A stretch of 61,770 nt of DNA, counting the filler. It is 8 parts of 8 records of this genome, joined end to end, with 100 filler letters (N's around TTAATTAATTAA, not from the genome) between each part and the next. Parts side by side here need not be neighbours in the genome. Positions count along the whole stretch, not along the records: positions 48,679 to 55,368 come from SRR31147125_3076; positions 55,469 to 61,770 come from SRR31147125_3085; 6 more parts are not named here. One strand, written 5' to 3'. Below are positions 48,680 through 60,766 of this stretch, in pieces. The notes beneath the pieces were generated by a model. That model was not told the DNA's origin. It saw only the letters and a list, made by a program, of their open reading frames with translations, and searched no databases. Every line of letters begins with the position of its first letter. Position 1 is the first letter of the stretch. Made by a program: the position numbers and the translations under genes.

Positions 48680-50542
48680 ATTCAGCTTTTACCCGGAATT
48701 AGTGCAACTGCCGAGGGAAGCAGCGGTTTTAGTGTTCGGGGAGGCTCATTCGATCAAAACCTGATACTACTTGATGAAGCTCCTGTTTACAGTGCTTCGC
48801 ATTTAATGGGGTTCTTTTCCGTTTTTAATTCCGACGCATTAAAAGACATGACCGTTTACAAAGGAGGAATTCCTGCAGAATTTGGCGGGCGATCTTCGTC
48901 GGTACTCGATATTACCATGAAAGACGGCAACTCAAAACAATTTGCAGCTTCGGGTGGCATTGGCCTTATTTCGTCGAGATTAACACTTGAAGGGCCCATT
49001 GGCAAAAACGAACGCACATCGTTTATTATTTCGGGGCGCAGAAGTTATGCCGACCTGGTTGCAAAGGGACTGGGTTTTATAGAAGATGACATGACCTTGT
49101 ATTTTTACGATTTGAATGTCAAAATCAATCATAAAATAAATACGAACAACCGAATTTACATTTCTACTTATTTGGGGAAAGATGCATTTGGATATGAAGA
49201 TATTGGAACCGACTGGGGAAACTCTACCGCCACCTTGCGCTGGAATCGTATTTGGAACAGCAAATTATTTTCGAATACATCGTTAATTTACAGCAACTAC
49301 GATTATGGTTTTAATATAACCAACGAAGCAGCAATGAGCTCGGGCATTGTTGATTTCGGATTAAAACACAGCTTTTCACTATATAACAGCCCCGCAAACA
49401 CCATAAAGTTTGGCATTAGTACCACCTATCATATTTTTAATCCCGGAGAATTAATACTTGAAGACATAGTAGCAGTAGAAGATGTATTGATGGAACAAAA
49501 ACAAGCATTGGAAAGTGCCATTTACTTTTCTAACTACCGGAAAATAAGCAAAAAACTATCGTTAGATTACGGACTGCGGCTTTCTATGTTTAACCAGTTT
49601 GGCGAAGGCTGGCAAAACACTTATAATTCCGACAACGAAAAAAGAGACTCAACCTGGTACGAAAGCGGAGATCTAATGCAATCGTATTTCGAATACGAAC
49701 CGCGCGTGGCTTTAAATTACCAGTTCAACAATAATAACTCAATTAAAATATCGTTTAACCGGATGGCTCAATACATGCACCTTATTTCAAACAGTACATC
49801 GGGACAACCTACCGACACATGGTTTCCCAGTACAAATAACACAGAGCCACTTATAGCTTCGCAGCTTGGTTTAGGATATTTTCAGAACTTTAAAAATAAT
49901 ACCTACGAATTTTCGGTTGAAACGTATTACAAAGACATGAATAATGTAACCGATTACGAGGATGGCACCGATATTCTTTTAAACGAAGACATTGAAGCAC
50001 AAATTTTATCGGGTAAAGGACGTAGCTATGGCCTTGAGTTTTACTTAAAAAAGAAAGAGGGCAGGTTTACCGGTTGGATAAGCTACACTTTATCGAAAAC
50101 AGAGAAAAAGATTGATGAAATAAACATGAATACCTGGTATGCAACCCGCGACGATAAAACCCACGACATTTCGGTGGTTGGAACTTTTAGGCTTAGCGAC
50201 AAAGTTAGTGTATCGGGAAACTGGGTATTTTATACCGGCAATGCAGTTACTTTTCCGAGCGGGCAATATACTTTCGAAGGGCAAACATTACCTCTTTACA
50301 CCGAACGAAACGGTTACCGAATGCCCAATTATCACCGCCTGGATTTTAGCCTGCATGTTCAGGGTAAAAAGAAAAAACGTTACCAAACGAGTTGGGATTT
50401 TTCGGTTTATAACGTATATAACAGGTACAATGCTTATACAATTACCTTCGACGAAAGCGAAGACGTTTCGGGAATTAACGAAGCAACAAAACTGAGTTTA
50501 TTTGGGCTGGTGCCTTCAGTATCATGGAATTTTAAATTTTAA
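48680..50542 (+). CDS. TonB-dependent outer-membrane receptor, 5' truncated
   Basis: The frame is open from the contig edge (IQLLPG...FSVRGG..DQNLILLD plug motif) and has C-terminal PSVSWNFKF. Confidence 0.9.
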   Translation: MQLLPGISATAEGSSGFSVRGGSFDQNLILLDEAPVYSASHLMGFFSVFNSDALKDMTVYKGGIPAEFGGRSSSVLDITMKDGNSKQFAASGGIGLISSRLTLEGPIGKNERTSFIISGRRSYADLVAKGLGFIEDDMTLYFYDLNVKINHKINTNNRIYISTYLGKDAFGYEDIGTDWGNSTATLRWNRIWNSKLFSNTSLIYSNYDYGFNITNEAAMSSGIVDFGLKHSFSLYNSPANTIKFGISTTYHIFNPGELILEDIVAVEDVLMEQKQALESAIYFSNYRKISKKLSLDYGLRLSMFNQFGEGWQNTYNSDNEKRDSTWYESGDLMQSYFEYEPRVALNYQFNNNNSIKISFNRMAQYMHLISNSTSGQPTDTWFPSTNNTEPLIASQLGLGYFQNFKNNTYEFSVETYYKDMNNVTDYEDGTDILLNEDIEAQILSGKGRSYGLEFYLKKKEGRFTGWISYTLSKTEKKIDEINMNTWYATRDDKTHDISVVGTFRLSDKVSVSGNWVFYTGNAVTFPSGQYTFEGQTLPLYTERNGYRMPNYHRLDFSLHVQGKKKKRYQTSWDFSVYNVYNRYNAYTITFDESEDVSGINEATKLSLFGLVPSVSWNFKF

Positions 50543-50552
50543 TGCTTTAAAC

Positions 50553-51353
50553 ATGAATACTAAACTACAATTGCTGTTTTTTATATTGCTTTTCTTTTTT
50601 AGCTCGTGCGAAGAAGTTATTGAAATAGATCTGAATAGTTCGAACCTAATACTGGTTGCCGAAGGTGCCATAGAACCGGGAGAACCTGCTACGCTTCGAT
50701 TAAGTTACACCTCAGATTATTTCACCGAAGAAGCAACTCAATACGAAGAGGATGCAAAGATTTTTCTTACCGATGGAAAAGAAAATTACGATACCCTGGT
50801 TTACGAAGGAGATGGTTTATATCGCGGAGAAAATATTACTGGCTCGTTTTATACCACATATACAATTTTTGTTTTCGTGAATGAAAATAGCTATCAGGCC
50901 AGTTCTGTTCTGCTGCCCGCTGTAAAAATCAGGGATGTTTGGTTTACAAAATCCACTATTAATAGTTGGTATAAGGATGGAGGAGATTATCGAATTCATG
51001 TTGGAATAACGAATGATACGAACCAGGACAATTATTATCTGTTCAAATTTTACACCAACGGAGAGCTGGAAGACGACAAGTATTCTATTGCCAACAGCAG
51101 TTATTACTCAAACGAAAATTACCTCGAATATAATCCCACAAGTGTGTATTTTGATAAAGGCGACCAGGTGGAGGTGTTTGTTTACAGGATTGATGAAGAT
51201 GCTTACAACTATTTTAGCCAGTTAAACGATGTTCGTGAAAGTGGAATGGGAATTTCGTCAACCCCTTATAATCCACAATCGAATTTTGGAGAAGATGTGT
51301 TGGGATATTTTTATGCCCGGTCGAACGATTCGCATGATGCGGTTGTTAAATAA
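50553..51353 (+). CDS. DUF4249-type lipoprotein
   Basis: FSSCEEVIEIDL, LVAEG and PYNPQSNF...LGYF, the usual partner of this receptor type. Confidence 0.85.
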   Translation: MNTKLQLLFFILLFFFSSCEEVIEIDLNSSNLILVAEGAIEPGEPATLRLSYTSDYFTEEATQYEEDAKIFLTDGKENYDTLVYEGDGLYRGENITGSFYTTYTIFVFVNENSYQASSVLLPAVKIRDVWFTKSTINSWYKDGGDYRIHVGITNDTNQDNYYLFKFYTNGELEDDKYSIANSSYYSNENYLEYNPTSVYFDKGDQVEVFVYRIDEDAYNYFSQLNDVRESGMGISSTPYNPQSNFGEDVLGYFYARSNDSHDAVVK

Positions 51354-51559
51354 TTAAAATAAGCCATATTATTCTGTTCCTTAAAACCCGAGTTCATGTT
51401 GGTGGCAATTTGCTTTCGGTGTCCGAATGCAGCAAAAAATCTTTTACCATCATTCTGGTTTTACCAGACTATTGTGAATTCAAATAGAAGAATTCCGATT
51501 AATCTAATTCAATTATAATTATTTACTTTGCGTTAAATCAATAACTAATTTTTCGGCAA

Positions 51560-54500
51560 TTGAAGGCTAAACTATCCATATTTATTCTTTTAGTTCTGCT
51601 TATTTCAAGCACTGGTTTTTCGCAGAATCAGCAACTGGAGTACAATCAAAAACTAAGTATTTCCGAAGGGTTAGCGCACAATGGCGTTACCTGTTTATTG
51701 GAAGATTCGCAAGGCTATTTGTGGATTAGTACTTACGACGGGCTTAACCGTTACGATGGTTACGAATGCAAAATTTATAAAAACACACTGGCAAAAAAAC
51801 TATTTGTTAGTAACCGAATAAGGACCATTGCCGAAGACAAAAACGGAAATATTTGGATTGGAACCGACGAAGGAATTTCGATTTACAATCACCAAAAGGA
51901 AGAATTTCGTGATATCTACTCAAATATAGCTACCGGGAAAGGGACAACCGGACCAATTGTACGAAAAATCATTCAACAGGAAAAGGATGAAAAAATTATT
52001 TGTGCTACCGAAGGCGAAGGAATTCTAATCTTTAACAGCGATTTTTCTTTAGCTGCCCAACACCAACCTCCTGCCAACCTCACCAAATCGCCAATTCTTT
52101 TTCACGAAGGTTTTCAACTCGACGATGAAAATTACGTTTTCTCAACTTCAGCAGGAATAGTTCTTTTTAATTGCGATACCGGAGAGTTTTTCAAACCTTT
52201 CCCGGAAGAAAAAATTAACAGTAAATCGATTGTTAGAATAAACGATAATAAACTGTTGGCAATACGCGATAATGGGCTAATTATTTATACGTACAATAAA
52301 GTTAACAACCTATACAAAATAGAACAAACAAAAACCCATTTTATGGGCAGGCAATTTAATAGCTGCGCCATCGACAAACTGGGTAATCTTTGGTTGGGCA
52401 CAGCGCAATTTGGAGTTATCCATATTGATAATGCTGAAGATTTTGCAAACAATAAAACATATAAACGGTCTTATTTTTCTACCGAAACGGGTTATTTACG
52501 AACCAGCTATTTTTTACCAACCGAGAACCACGGATGCTGGGTGGGCTCTTTTAACAAGGGACTTTTTCAGTTTAATCTGCGCGAAAAGCCTTTTAAGTAT
52601 GTAAACACTAAAATGCAACTTAGGTACGGGCTTAAAACCAACGAAGTGCTGCATGCAAATGTAGTTGATGCCGACCGTATTTTTGTTTCGGCAAATACAG
52701 GAGGTTCGGCCTTGTTTAACACAAGCACCGAAAAATATGAGCCTTTGCCTTTCGCAGTTGATAAGGAATATGAAAGTAATACATCGGTAGTACTAATTGA
52801 CTCGAACAACGATATTTGGGTAAAACAGCCGCACAGGTTAGGAATTGTGCGTAGAAGTAAAGGCCTACGAACAATTGAAACAATAAATATTAAAGACTTC
52901 CCCGGGCTTGCAAACCTGTCGCCAAGAAAATTGGTAGAGGATAAGTTTGGAAATATTTGGATGGGATGTGCCGAAGGATTATTCAAACTAGCTTTAAATT
53001 CTGACAAAAAAACTTTTAGCATTGAAACACTCGACGAACATCCAATGTTTCAAAACAATCATTTATCACTCGTCAGAAATATATATCCCGACCCCATGTA
53101 TAATTTTCTTTGGGTTGGCACCGGAGCCAATGGTTTGCTAAGAATTGCCACCGACGAAAATATACCAATTAAAGAAACCAAAATATGGCAATACACACAC
53201 ACACCCAATGATAAAAATTCTCTATCGAGCGATTTTGTAACAACCATTAAACGACTTCCGAACAGTGAATTGTGGATTGGAACAGAACGTGGTGGAATAA
53301 ATAAAGTTCTCGACAGCGAAAATACACCGAAGTTTATTGCACTTTCTGAAAAAGACGGTTTATCGAACAACGTAGTTAAACGCATTCTTTACGACGATGA
53401 TTACAATCTCTGGATTCCCACAAATATTGGGCTGAATAAATTTGATATAAAATCGGAACACTTTACAATATATGGCAAGCAAGATGGATTGCCCTTCGAA
53501 GATTTTCTTTACTCCTCGGCAAAACTAAAAAATGGCAATATGTTGTTTTCGTGCTCCGATGGTTTTATTTATTTCAATCCTAATGATATTCGCTCTGAAG
53601 AAGTGTTGCCAAAAATTAAATTTGGCGAAATCACGGTTTTTAATGAAAGAATTCAGCCGGGAGAAGAATACAACAAAAGAATATTAATTGAAGAATATTT
53701 AGAACCAGACGACGAACTGGTACTTAAACACAACGAGAATGTTTTTTCGGTAGAATTGTTGTCGTTACATTATTCTACACCCGAAAACCATTTTATAAAA
53801 TACCGCCTTTTACCTTTAAACGAAGAGTGGATTGAAGTAGCAAGTAGCCAACGAAACATTTCATACAATGGACTTCGGCCCAATAAATACACTCTCGAAG
53901 TAATGGCTTCGAATGCCCAAAACGAATGGTCTAATCCGGTTGAACTAAATATTACAGTAACTCCTCCTTTTTGGGTAACAGTTCCTGCCTTTATTTTGTA
54001 TTTTATTCTGCTGGCACTAATTACTTATTCTGTAATTTATTATTTCTTACGATTAAATAAGCTTCAGCACAAACTCGAAATTGAAGAACTGGAAAAGGAC
54101 AAAGTTAAAGAAGTTAATGCCGCCAAACTTCGTTTTTTTTCAAATATATCGCACGAAATTAAAACTCCGCTCACCCTAATTTCGGGGCCGGTAAATCTAC
54201 TTGCCGAGCGTTTTAAAACCAACGACGATGTACGCGAAAAACTACAAATTATACAGCGCCAGTCGCGAAAAATGCTGCGTTTGGTAAATAAGGTTCACGA
54301 TTTTCAACGTTCCGATGCCAACCAGTTGAAAATGAATTATTCGCAATTTTGCTTCAACAATTTTCTCGATGAAATATTAACCGACTTTAAATACAAAGCG
54401 GACAACGATAAAAAAGAATTAAAAGTTAAGGGGCCGGAGAAAAAGATTTTTGTATCGGCAGATTACGACAAATTGGAAAAAATTCTGAATAACCTGCTAA

Positions 54501-55368
54501 ACAACGCATTTAAGTTTACCAAAGAAGGCGACTCCATAACTGTTGAATACAGCAATATAAATAATGAATTACTACTGAAAGTAACAGACACCGGGAAAGG
54601 TGTCGACAAAGAAGATTTGCCCTTTATTTTCGACAGGTTTTATCAATCGAAAAAGAAACACAGCCAATATACAGGCGGTTCCGGAATTGGCCTCGCATTT
54701 TCGAAACGCCTTGTTGAAATGCATTATGGCAATATTTCGGTAGAAAGTTTATTGGGGAAAGGTTCTGCTTTTATTGTGAATTTACCTGTTATTTCGAATG
54801 AGAATATTGTAAGCAATTTAGAAACGGAAGAAAAAATTCTGGAAAAAGAGAAGGAATTCGATTCAAACCAAATTCCCCTGGAAAGTATCGATCCGGCACG
54901 AATAAAAGTAAGCGAGGAATTTTCGGATGTAAAAATATTCTTTGCTGAAGACAATTCAGATATGCGAAAATTCATTTCAGGCATATTATCGAACTTTTTC
55001 AAGGTTACATCGTTTATAAACGGATTAGATTGCCTTAAAGCCATGGAAGAAGAATGGCCCGATATTGTTATAAGCGATGTGCTAATGCCCGAAATGAATG
55101 GATTCGACCTTTGCAAACAGGTAAAGTCGGATATAAAAACAAGCCATATTCCGGTTATTCTTTTAACAGCCTGTACAAGTATCGACGAACAGTTACAAGG
55201 CCTCGAAGTTGGTGCCGATGCATATATTAAAAAGCCATTTAATGTTCAGCACCTGGTAACCCGTACCGAAACTTTGCTAAAAAACAGGCAGGCTTTACGA
55301 AAACGCTTTCAATTGGGCATTCCTCTGTCGCTCGACAATAAGGAAGACAACAGTAACGACATTGCTTT
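51560..55368 (+). CDS. Hybrid two-component system sensor kinase/response regulator, 3' truncated
   Basis: Reg_prop repeats (GNIWIGT), Y_Y_Y, TM, ISHEIKTPL, NLLNNAFKF, GSGIGL and receiver SDVLMP. The usual AraC tail lies beyond the contig edge. Confidence 0.93.
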
Positions 55369-55468
55369 NNNNNNNNNNNNNNNNNNNNNNNNNNNNNNNN
55401 NNNNNNNNNNNNTTAATTAATTAANNNNNNNNNNNNNNNNNNNNNNNNNNNNNNNNNNNNNNNNNNNN
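55369..55468. other. Artificial contig spacer
   Basis: N44-TTAATTAATTAA-N44. Confidence 0.98.
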
Positions 55469-57127
55469 AAAAAGATTGCAGATGATATAAGTGAACTAAT
55501 TTCTGCTTACGAGTCGAATAACCAGAAAAACCACGACTTAGTGCTTAAAAAAGATACGATTAATGAACAAAGGGAAATTGCTGCGACCAATGCAATTGCA
55601 CAAATAACCAATGTAATTAATGCAGAAACAAATTACTCTAACGAGAATAAATCAGATTACGATGCTGTAAAAAGGATTTTTAGTTTCCTTGAAGCAAAAA
55701 ATGCAATGAACAGGGTAATAAGCACTGCCAGTAAATATGTTGCAAACCCTAATGAAACATATGAGATGCAGCTTAAAAATGAGCTTGATGGCATTTCCCA
55801 GGTTTTAATTACCGCAGAACAAGAAACATCGTCGCTTGAAACGCAAATGGCCATGTTCGATGCAATTGGTTCCATTGAGGTATACAGAAACGAATTCGAC
55901 ACTTATAAAAGTGTTGTTGAAGAACAATTGGAAATTCAAAACAGTCAGTTAAACAATGCAGCCAGATTGCTGGAAAGCACTGAGCAACTCCGAGAAGGTG
56001 TTTATACCTATATTGATGGAACCAAAACAAAAGCAGTTACTCAATTAATATTAATTGTTGCCATTGCTATTGTTGCTGGTGTAGTAATAGGCTCATTAAT
56101 CACCAGAAATATTACGCACCCATTAGCAAAAGGTGTTCAATTTGCCAATTCCATATCAGAGGGGGATTTAACAAAAAAGTTGGAGATTAACCAAAAAGAT
56201 GAAATTGGACAATTAGCCAACGCCATGAACAACATGTTAGTTAAGCTAAAAGATATTGTTACCTCAGTTATATCCGGTTCTGGGAACATTGCTTCAGCCA
56301 GCCTTGAAATTACGTCAACATCGCAACAAATTTCCAACGGTGCCAGCGAACAGGCATCTTCCGTAGAAGAAGTTTCGAGCACGATGGAAGAAATTGCAGC
56401 GAATATTCAACAGAATACAGATAATGCCATTCAAACAGAAAAAATATCTGATGCCGCAAAAACAGGTATTGAAGAGGTGAGCCACAGTTCGAGTGAAACC
56501 ATTGAAGCAAACAAACAAATTGCAGAAAAGATTAATATAGTTTCTGATATTGCTTTCCAAACAAACTTACTTGCCTTAAATGCTGCTGTTGAAGCAGCAA
56601 GAGCAGGAGATCAAGGGAAGGGATTTGCCGTTGTGGCAGCAGAAGTAAGAAAGCTTGCTGAGAGAAGTAAAGTGGCAGCTAACGAGATTGTAGAATTGGC
56701 CAAAAACAGTCTTACGCAAGCAGAAAACACAGGCAAGAAAATGGAAGAAATTTTACCTGAAGTTGTTCGAACAGCGCAATTAGTCCAGGAAATTACATCT
56801 GCAAGCCAGGAGCAAAACAATGGTGCAAATCAAGTGAACAATGCTATGCAGCAATTAAGTGGCGTAACACAACAGAATGCTGCAGCCAGTGAAGAACTAG
56901 CTTCTAATTCTGAAGAAATGAACAGTCAGGCAGAACAATTGCAAGAGATTATAAGCTTTTTTAGAATAGATAAAAGAAAACAAAATAAAAAGGAAGTTAA
57001 AGTAAAAACGACTACTTCCAGGGTTTATAAAACAGAAAATAAAAAACCTGTTGAGAAAAAAGAAAAGAACGTAGATTCATTTAATTTCAACATGGATGGC
57101 AATGATTCGGATTTTGAGAAATTTTAG
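55469..57127 (+). CDS. Methyl-accepting chemotaxis protein, 5' truncated
   Basis: TM2, HAMP (KDEIGQL), [35 protein letters not shown], and C-terminal pentapeptide DFEKF. Confidence 0.95.
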   Translation, partial: KKIADDISELISAYESNNQKNHDLVLKKDTINEQREIAATNAIAQITNVINAETNYSNENKSDYDAVKRIFSFLEAKNAMNRVISTASKYVANPNETYEMQLKNELDGISQVLITAEQETSSLETQMAMFDAIGSIEVYRNEFDTYKSVVEEQLEIQNSQLNNAARLLESTEQLREGVYTYIDGTKTKAVTQLILIVAIAIVAGVVIGSLITRNITHPLAKGVQFANSISEGDLTKKLEINQKDEIGQLANAMNNMLVKLKDIVTSVISGSGNIASASLEITSTSQQISNGASEQASSVEEVSSTMEEIAANIQQNTDNAIQTEKISDAAKTGIEEVSHSSSETIEANKQIAEKINIVSDIAFQTNLLALNAAVEAARAGDQGKGFAVVAAEVRKLAERSKVAANEIVELAKNSLTQAENTGKKMEEILPEVVRTAQLVQEITSASQEQNNGANQVNNAMQQLSGVTQQNAAASEELASNSEEMNSQAEQLQEIISFFRIDKRKQNKKEVKVKTTTSRVYKTENKKPVEKKEKNVDSFNFNMDGNDSDFEKF

Positions 57128-57164
57128 GATGTCTGCCTGGTGAAATATTTAAGATTTAGTTATC

Positions 57165-57197
57165 GCGTATTTATATGAATAGATACGCAATTTTTTT
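57165..57197 (+). terminator. Rho-independent terminator of MCP gene
   Basis: GCGTATTTAT-ATGA-ATAGATACGC followed by AA and T7. Confidence 0.7.
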
Positions 57198-57359
57198 CAG
57201 CGCTAATAGAGAGTTGAGCCAGAGTATACAATATTAATTTTTGATAATGCTTTGAATGCAAGTCGCTGTTTGGCATTACATGATTTTAGATAGTCTAATC
57301 TTTTAAAGTCTAATTCCTATTTCTACTTTAAAAACGTAGATTAGCTGGTTTTCGGATGA

Positions 57360-57546
57360 CGCGTTACAAACGCGCCATAGCTAAGATGATAGACCTATAA
57401 GAATTACTTTTTAGCCAGCTTCTTTTTTTTACACTTTGACTTTGTAAATTCTTTATTCCTTATGAGGGAGTCTACCTAAATCTAATATTTCTATCTAAAT
57501 AATTTCAATTGTATTATATAAAACGCGTTGCAAACGCGCTTTAGCT
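57360..57546. repeat. Two REP-like palindromes
   Basis: CGCGTT-ACA-AACGCG-CCATAGCT (57360-57382) and CGCGTT-GCA-AACGCG-CTTTAGCT (57524-57546). Confidence 0.6.
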
Positions 57547-57628
57547 GTGCAGATAAGTTAAAAAAAATAATTTTCGTGCATTCTCACACGAAAACTATAC
57601 TATTTATTATGCTATCAGACTTTTACAT

Positions 57629-59305
57629 CTACTCCGAAACAACCCTCATGGTATGATAAGCTATAAAGGTTCTACCGTATCTATCCTGGGCTTTTACCTC
57701 AATAACGTGTCTTCCTGCCGGCCAGTCTGTACCTATATTTGCTTCCCATAAATGGGTCGTTGTTATCGGTCTTGGCATATTAGTTCCCGGAAATGCTTCA
57801 CCATCCAGAGATTCTTCGTTTTGCCACAACTCACCCAGATTAAGTTTTTTAAAGTTTTGCCATCTTTTGGCAATCATCAGGTAATACGGATCGTATTTAT
57901 CAACCTTTTCCATGGTCTCCCACTCGGTGAGGCCTTTAATTCTGTATTCTAATTTTGACTGCTCGCTTCCATTAAAAAAGTTTACTGTTAACATGGTTGT
58001 GTCTTGCGAATTTGCCACAATCCCCCTGGGAACGTGAATGTTCATCCGGTGGTCGTTTGGACTCCCGGCCACTTTCCAATCAATAACATATTCTGCTCCA
58101 TTAAACGAGATAAACGAGTAACCATTGGGTGTACCGTCTCGCATCATGGTGTGGGGTACATCTGTCTCACCTCTGAGTCCGTTCCACCAACTCCCTGATG
58201 TTGTTCCAACATTAAAATGATGATGTGGTTTAGCTTGCTGCCAATCTGTTGAATCTTCATGAAAAAACCGGTTGTCGTGAACATGTGTATGCGCAGAAAT
58301 GGAGAGTGTATGCGGAAAGTCTTTTAGCAAATCGAATAATTTTTTCTGATCGCTCTTTCTAAAACTTTCTCCATGCATGGCCAATGGAATATGCATTGTT
58401 AAAACAATTAAATCATCTTTGGGAACAATATCAAGGTAATTAGACACGAAAGTAAACTGGTCGGGGCGAAGTCCACCTACGTAGCTTCGCGAACCAACCT
58501 CATCCTTATGTATTACATCATCTAAAACAATGAAATGTACATCACCATAAACAAATGCATAAGTTGCCGGGCCGTAAACACGCTCGTAGGTTTCATCAGA
58601 AAGCATATCATTTGGAGCCATGTAATTAACATCATGATTTCCGAGAACGTTGTGCCAGGGGATACCAATTTTTGAAACCGCATTGTTGAGCGGCGAGAAT
58701 AATTCCAGATCATCACCAACAATGTCTCCCATGGTCATTCCAAACTCAAGATCGTCTCTGCCTATTAATTCCGATACGATATCCTCTGCCAAAAAATCAA
58801 CTTGTTGAATGTTGTAGGGTTGCGGATCTCCAAATACGACCATTTTAAAATCGCCCTGACTTTCTTCGCTATAAAGAGGAAAATTAATTTGCCCGGGCAA
58901 GTCACCTGTTGGTTCAACTCCATTATATGTGTAATTTTCCGGATATCCATTTGGCTTGTGCAAGTAGTAAAATTGAGGCAGGTTATCCTCGTTCAGGGGA
59001 GTCATCCAGTCTTTTGGCTTAATTACAAAAACAATTGCATCATCGGATACCGGAATCTCATATTCACCTTGTTCGTTGGTCTGCACGAGCTGCGTCCCGT
59101 TCGACACAACAACATGGGCAATACCACTTTCTGATTCATCCATCACCCGGTTTTCATTTGCATCATGAAAAACATACCCTTTGGCTTGCATTTCATTTTC
59201 ACCTGCTTTTATACTATGGGGCAATTTTGATTCTTCCTTTGTCTCATTTGTGCTGCATGCTGAAAAAGCAATTAAAATTGAAAGAAAAAAACTGAGGTTT
59301 TTCAT
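57629..59305 (-). CDS. Calcineurin-like metallophosphoesterase lipoprotein (MetallophosN/C domains)
   Basis: GDPQ, MGDIV, GNHD and AHTH motifs with lipobox FSAC. Confidence 0.9.
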   Translation of the reverse strand: MKNLSFFLSILIAFSACSTNETKEESKLPHSIKAGENEMQAKGYVFHDANENRVMDESESGIAHVVVSNGTQLVQTNEQGEYEIPVSDDAIVFVIKPKDWMTPLNEDNLPQFYYLHKPNGYPENYTYNGVEPTGDLPGQINFPLYSEESQGDFKMVVFGDPQPYNIQQVDFLAEDIVSELIGRDDLEFGMTMGDIVGDDLELFSPLNNAVSKIGIPWHNVLGNHDVNYMAPNDMLSDETYERVYGPATYAFVYGDVHFIVLDDVIHKDEVGSRSYVGGLRPDQFTFVSNYLDIVPKDDLIVLTMHIPLAMHGESFRKSDQKKLFDLLKDFPHTLSISAHTHVHDNRFFHEDSTDWQQAKPHHHFNVGTTSGSWWNGLRGETDVPHTMMRDGTPNGYSFISFNGAEYVIDWKVAGSPNDHRMNIHVPRGIVANSQDTTMLTVNFFNGSEQSKLEYRIKGLTEWETMEKVDKYDPYYLMIAKRWQNFKKLNLGELWQNEESLDGEAFPGTNMPRPITTTHLWEANIGTDWPAGRHVIEVKAQDRYGRTFIAYHTMRVVSE

Positions 59306-59442
59306 ATTCGTAGTTTTTAAGTTGATGGTGAAATTAATTCAAAATCAAAAGCCATGACATTAAAAGCAGATTAATTTTTTGTTGTATTTGAGTTACAACA
59401 GAAGAAGTTTAATGTTGTTTGGATTGGTTTGATAATTGACGA

Positions 59443-59515
59443 TGTCAGGTGCTAGGCACGTTTACAGGTCGAAATGCTACTCCAAAAAGCCTGTAAGCGA
59501 GCAGAGCACCTGACA
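59443..59515. repeat. 73-bp imperfect inverted repeat (REP/MITE-like or terminator)
   Basis: TGTCAGGTGCT/AGCACCTGACA outer stem and TTACAGG/CCTGTAA inner stem. Confidence 0.6.
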
Positions 59516-59533
59516 GCGTTTACCTATGACAAA

Positions 59534-60766
59534 TTAATATTTGACAATTAATTTGGTTACCTCTCGATTTTCTACTTGCATTTTTAAAAAGTAGATTCCT
59601 TTAACAAGGTTTGATAAATCTATTACTTCATTGGGTTGAACAACAGATTTTGTTTGGAGAGATTTCCCTGATATATCATACAAAACAAGACTATGTATGT
59701 TTTTTTCAGTCTTGTTATCAATTGTAATTTTATTCGTTGTAGGATTGGGATAAACTGAAATTTCACCATCATCATAAAATGTAATGGCAGATGAAGTTGC
59801 GTATTCATAAGCACCGATGCTTGGATTTGTTGAATTTCTCGCATTACCCAGAATATCTGTTGTAATTTCAGCATAATATACTCCTTCGCCAATTACGGGA
59901 GAACCTGATTGTAAGCTTAAATCATCGGGCGCATTCTTGAATTTTGGGTCAGAAGGGGCAGGTGATTCTGAATCCCATCCAGTCTCCGATACATAATCGT
60001 TCCAGTTGGCCATTTTATAACTCTTGTTGTTGGAGTTTATGGTAACCATCCGTTGATTGGGGTATTGCTGATAATAAAAATTATTGTTCATGGAAGTTCC
60101 AGTCTCAGAACCATTGGAATATGTTACAGCAGAAAGCACATATTCATCGTTTACATTTCCATAGAAAAGATTGTTGTCGATCTTAAAATTTTCCGGGCTA
60201 TTGGTAACCAAAATCAATTGTCTGTAGCCCGAACCGTCGGCGCGTAAGTTCATTCCATAAAATGTATTGTGGGCAATAAATGAGTTTTTTAGGGCATTGG
60301 CCGATATGTGCTTTTGTTTAAGAAAACTAAAAACATTGTTGTATACCTTAAAACCTGTAAATGTTGCCTGGTTTGAATTGAGGAACAATCCCATGCTTGA
60401 AAAATCGTTGGGTTTGTTTTCCGGGTCGTCTGCCGGATTATCCCAAATCGTATTGTTTTTAATCACAAAATTCCGGAAATCATCCGGATATCCTCCATTG
60501 ATATCAATTCCTGTAGTATGATAGCCGTTATGCAATTTATTATTATCGAATGTTACGTTTTCGAAAACCAGGCTGCTGGTTCGCGTATCACTGTACACAT
60601 TGTACGATATATTTCTCCTTCCACAATCGTGGATATCATTGCCTTGTATCACTGCATCTGAATGCCAAAGCTGGATACCGATAGCAGATGCAGCACCTTT
60701 TGTGCCCATATAACCTATATGGCAATTCTTAATCTCAATCCCCTTTTTTCGTATGCCATGGGCCAA
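59534..60766 (-). CDS. C-terminal part of right-handed beta-helix protein with T9SS type-A sorting domain
   Basis: Parallel beta-helix repeats, DILGNAR...PSIGAYE, and ISVYPNP...GIYFLK...KLIVK. Confidence 0.8.
   Translation of the reverse strand: MAHGIRKKGIEIKNCHIGYMGTKGAASAIGIQLWHSDAVIQGNDIHDCGRRNISYNVYSDTRTSSLVFENVTFDNNKLHNGYHTTGIDINGGYPDDFRNFVIKNNTIWDNPADDPENKPNDFSSMGLFLNSNQATFTGFKVYNNVFSFLKQKHISANALKNSFIAHNTFYGMNLRADGSGYRQLILVTNSPENFKIDNNLFYGNVNDEYVLSAVTYSNGSETGTSMNNNFYYQQYPNQRMVTINSNNKSYKMANWNDYVSETGWDSESPAPSDPKFKNAPDDLSLQSGSPVIGEGVYYAEITTDILGNARNSTNPSIGAYEYATSSAITFYDDGEISVYPNPTTNKITIDNKTEKNIHSLVLYDISGKSLQTKSVVQPNEVIDLSNLVKGIYFLKMQVENREVTKLIVKY

Noticed and set aside
8227-55468. Seven identical TTAATTAATTAA motifs within N runs as a biological repeat
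   Set aside because: They are artificial 100-bp linkers joining contigs. ORFs 8275..9828, 48429..48626 and 51560..55420 run into them artefactually.
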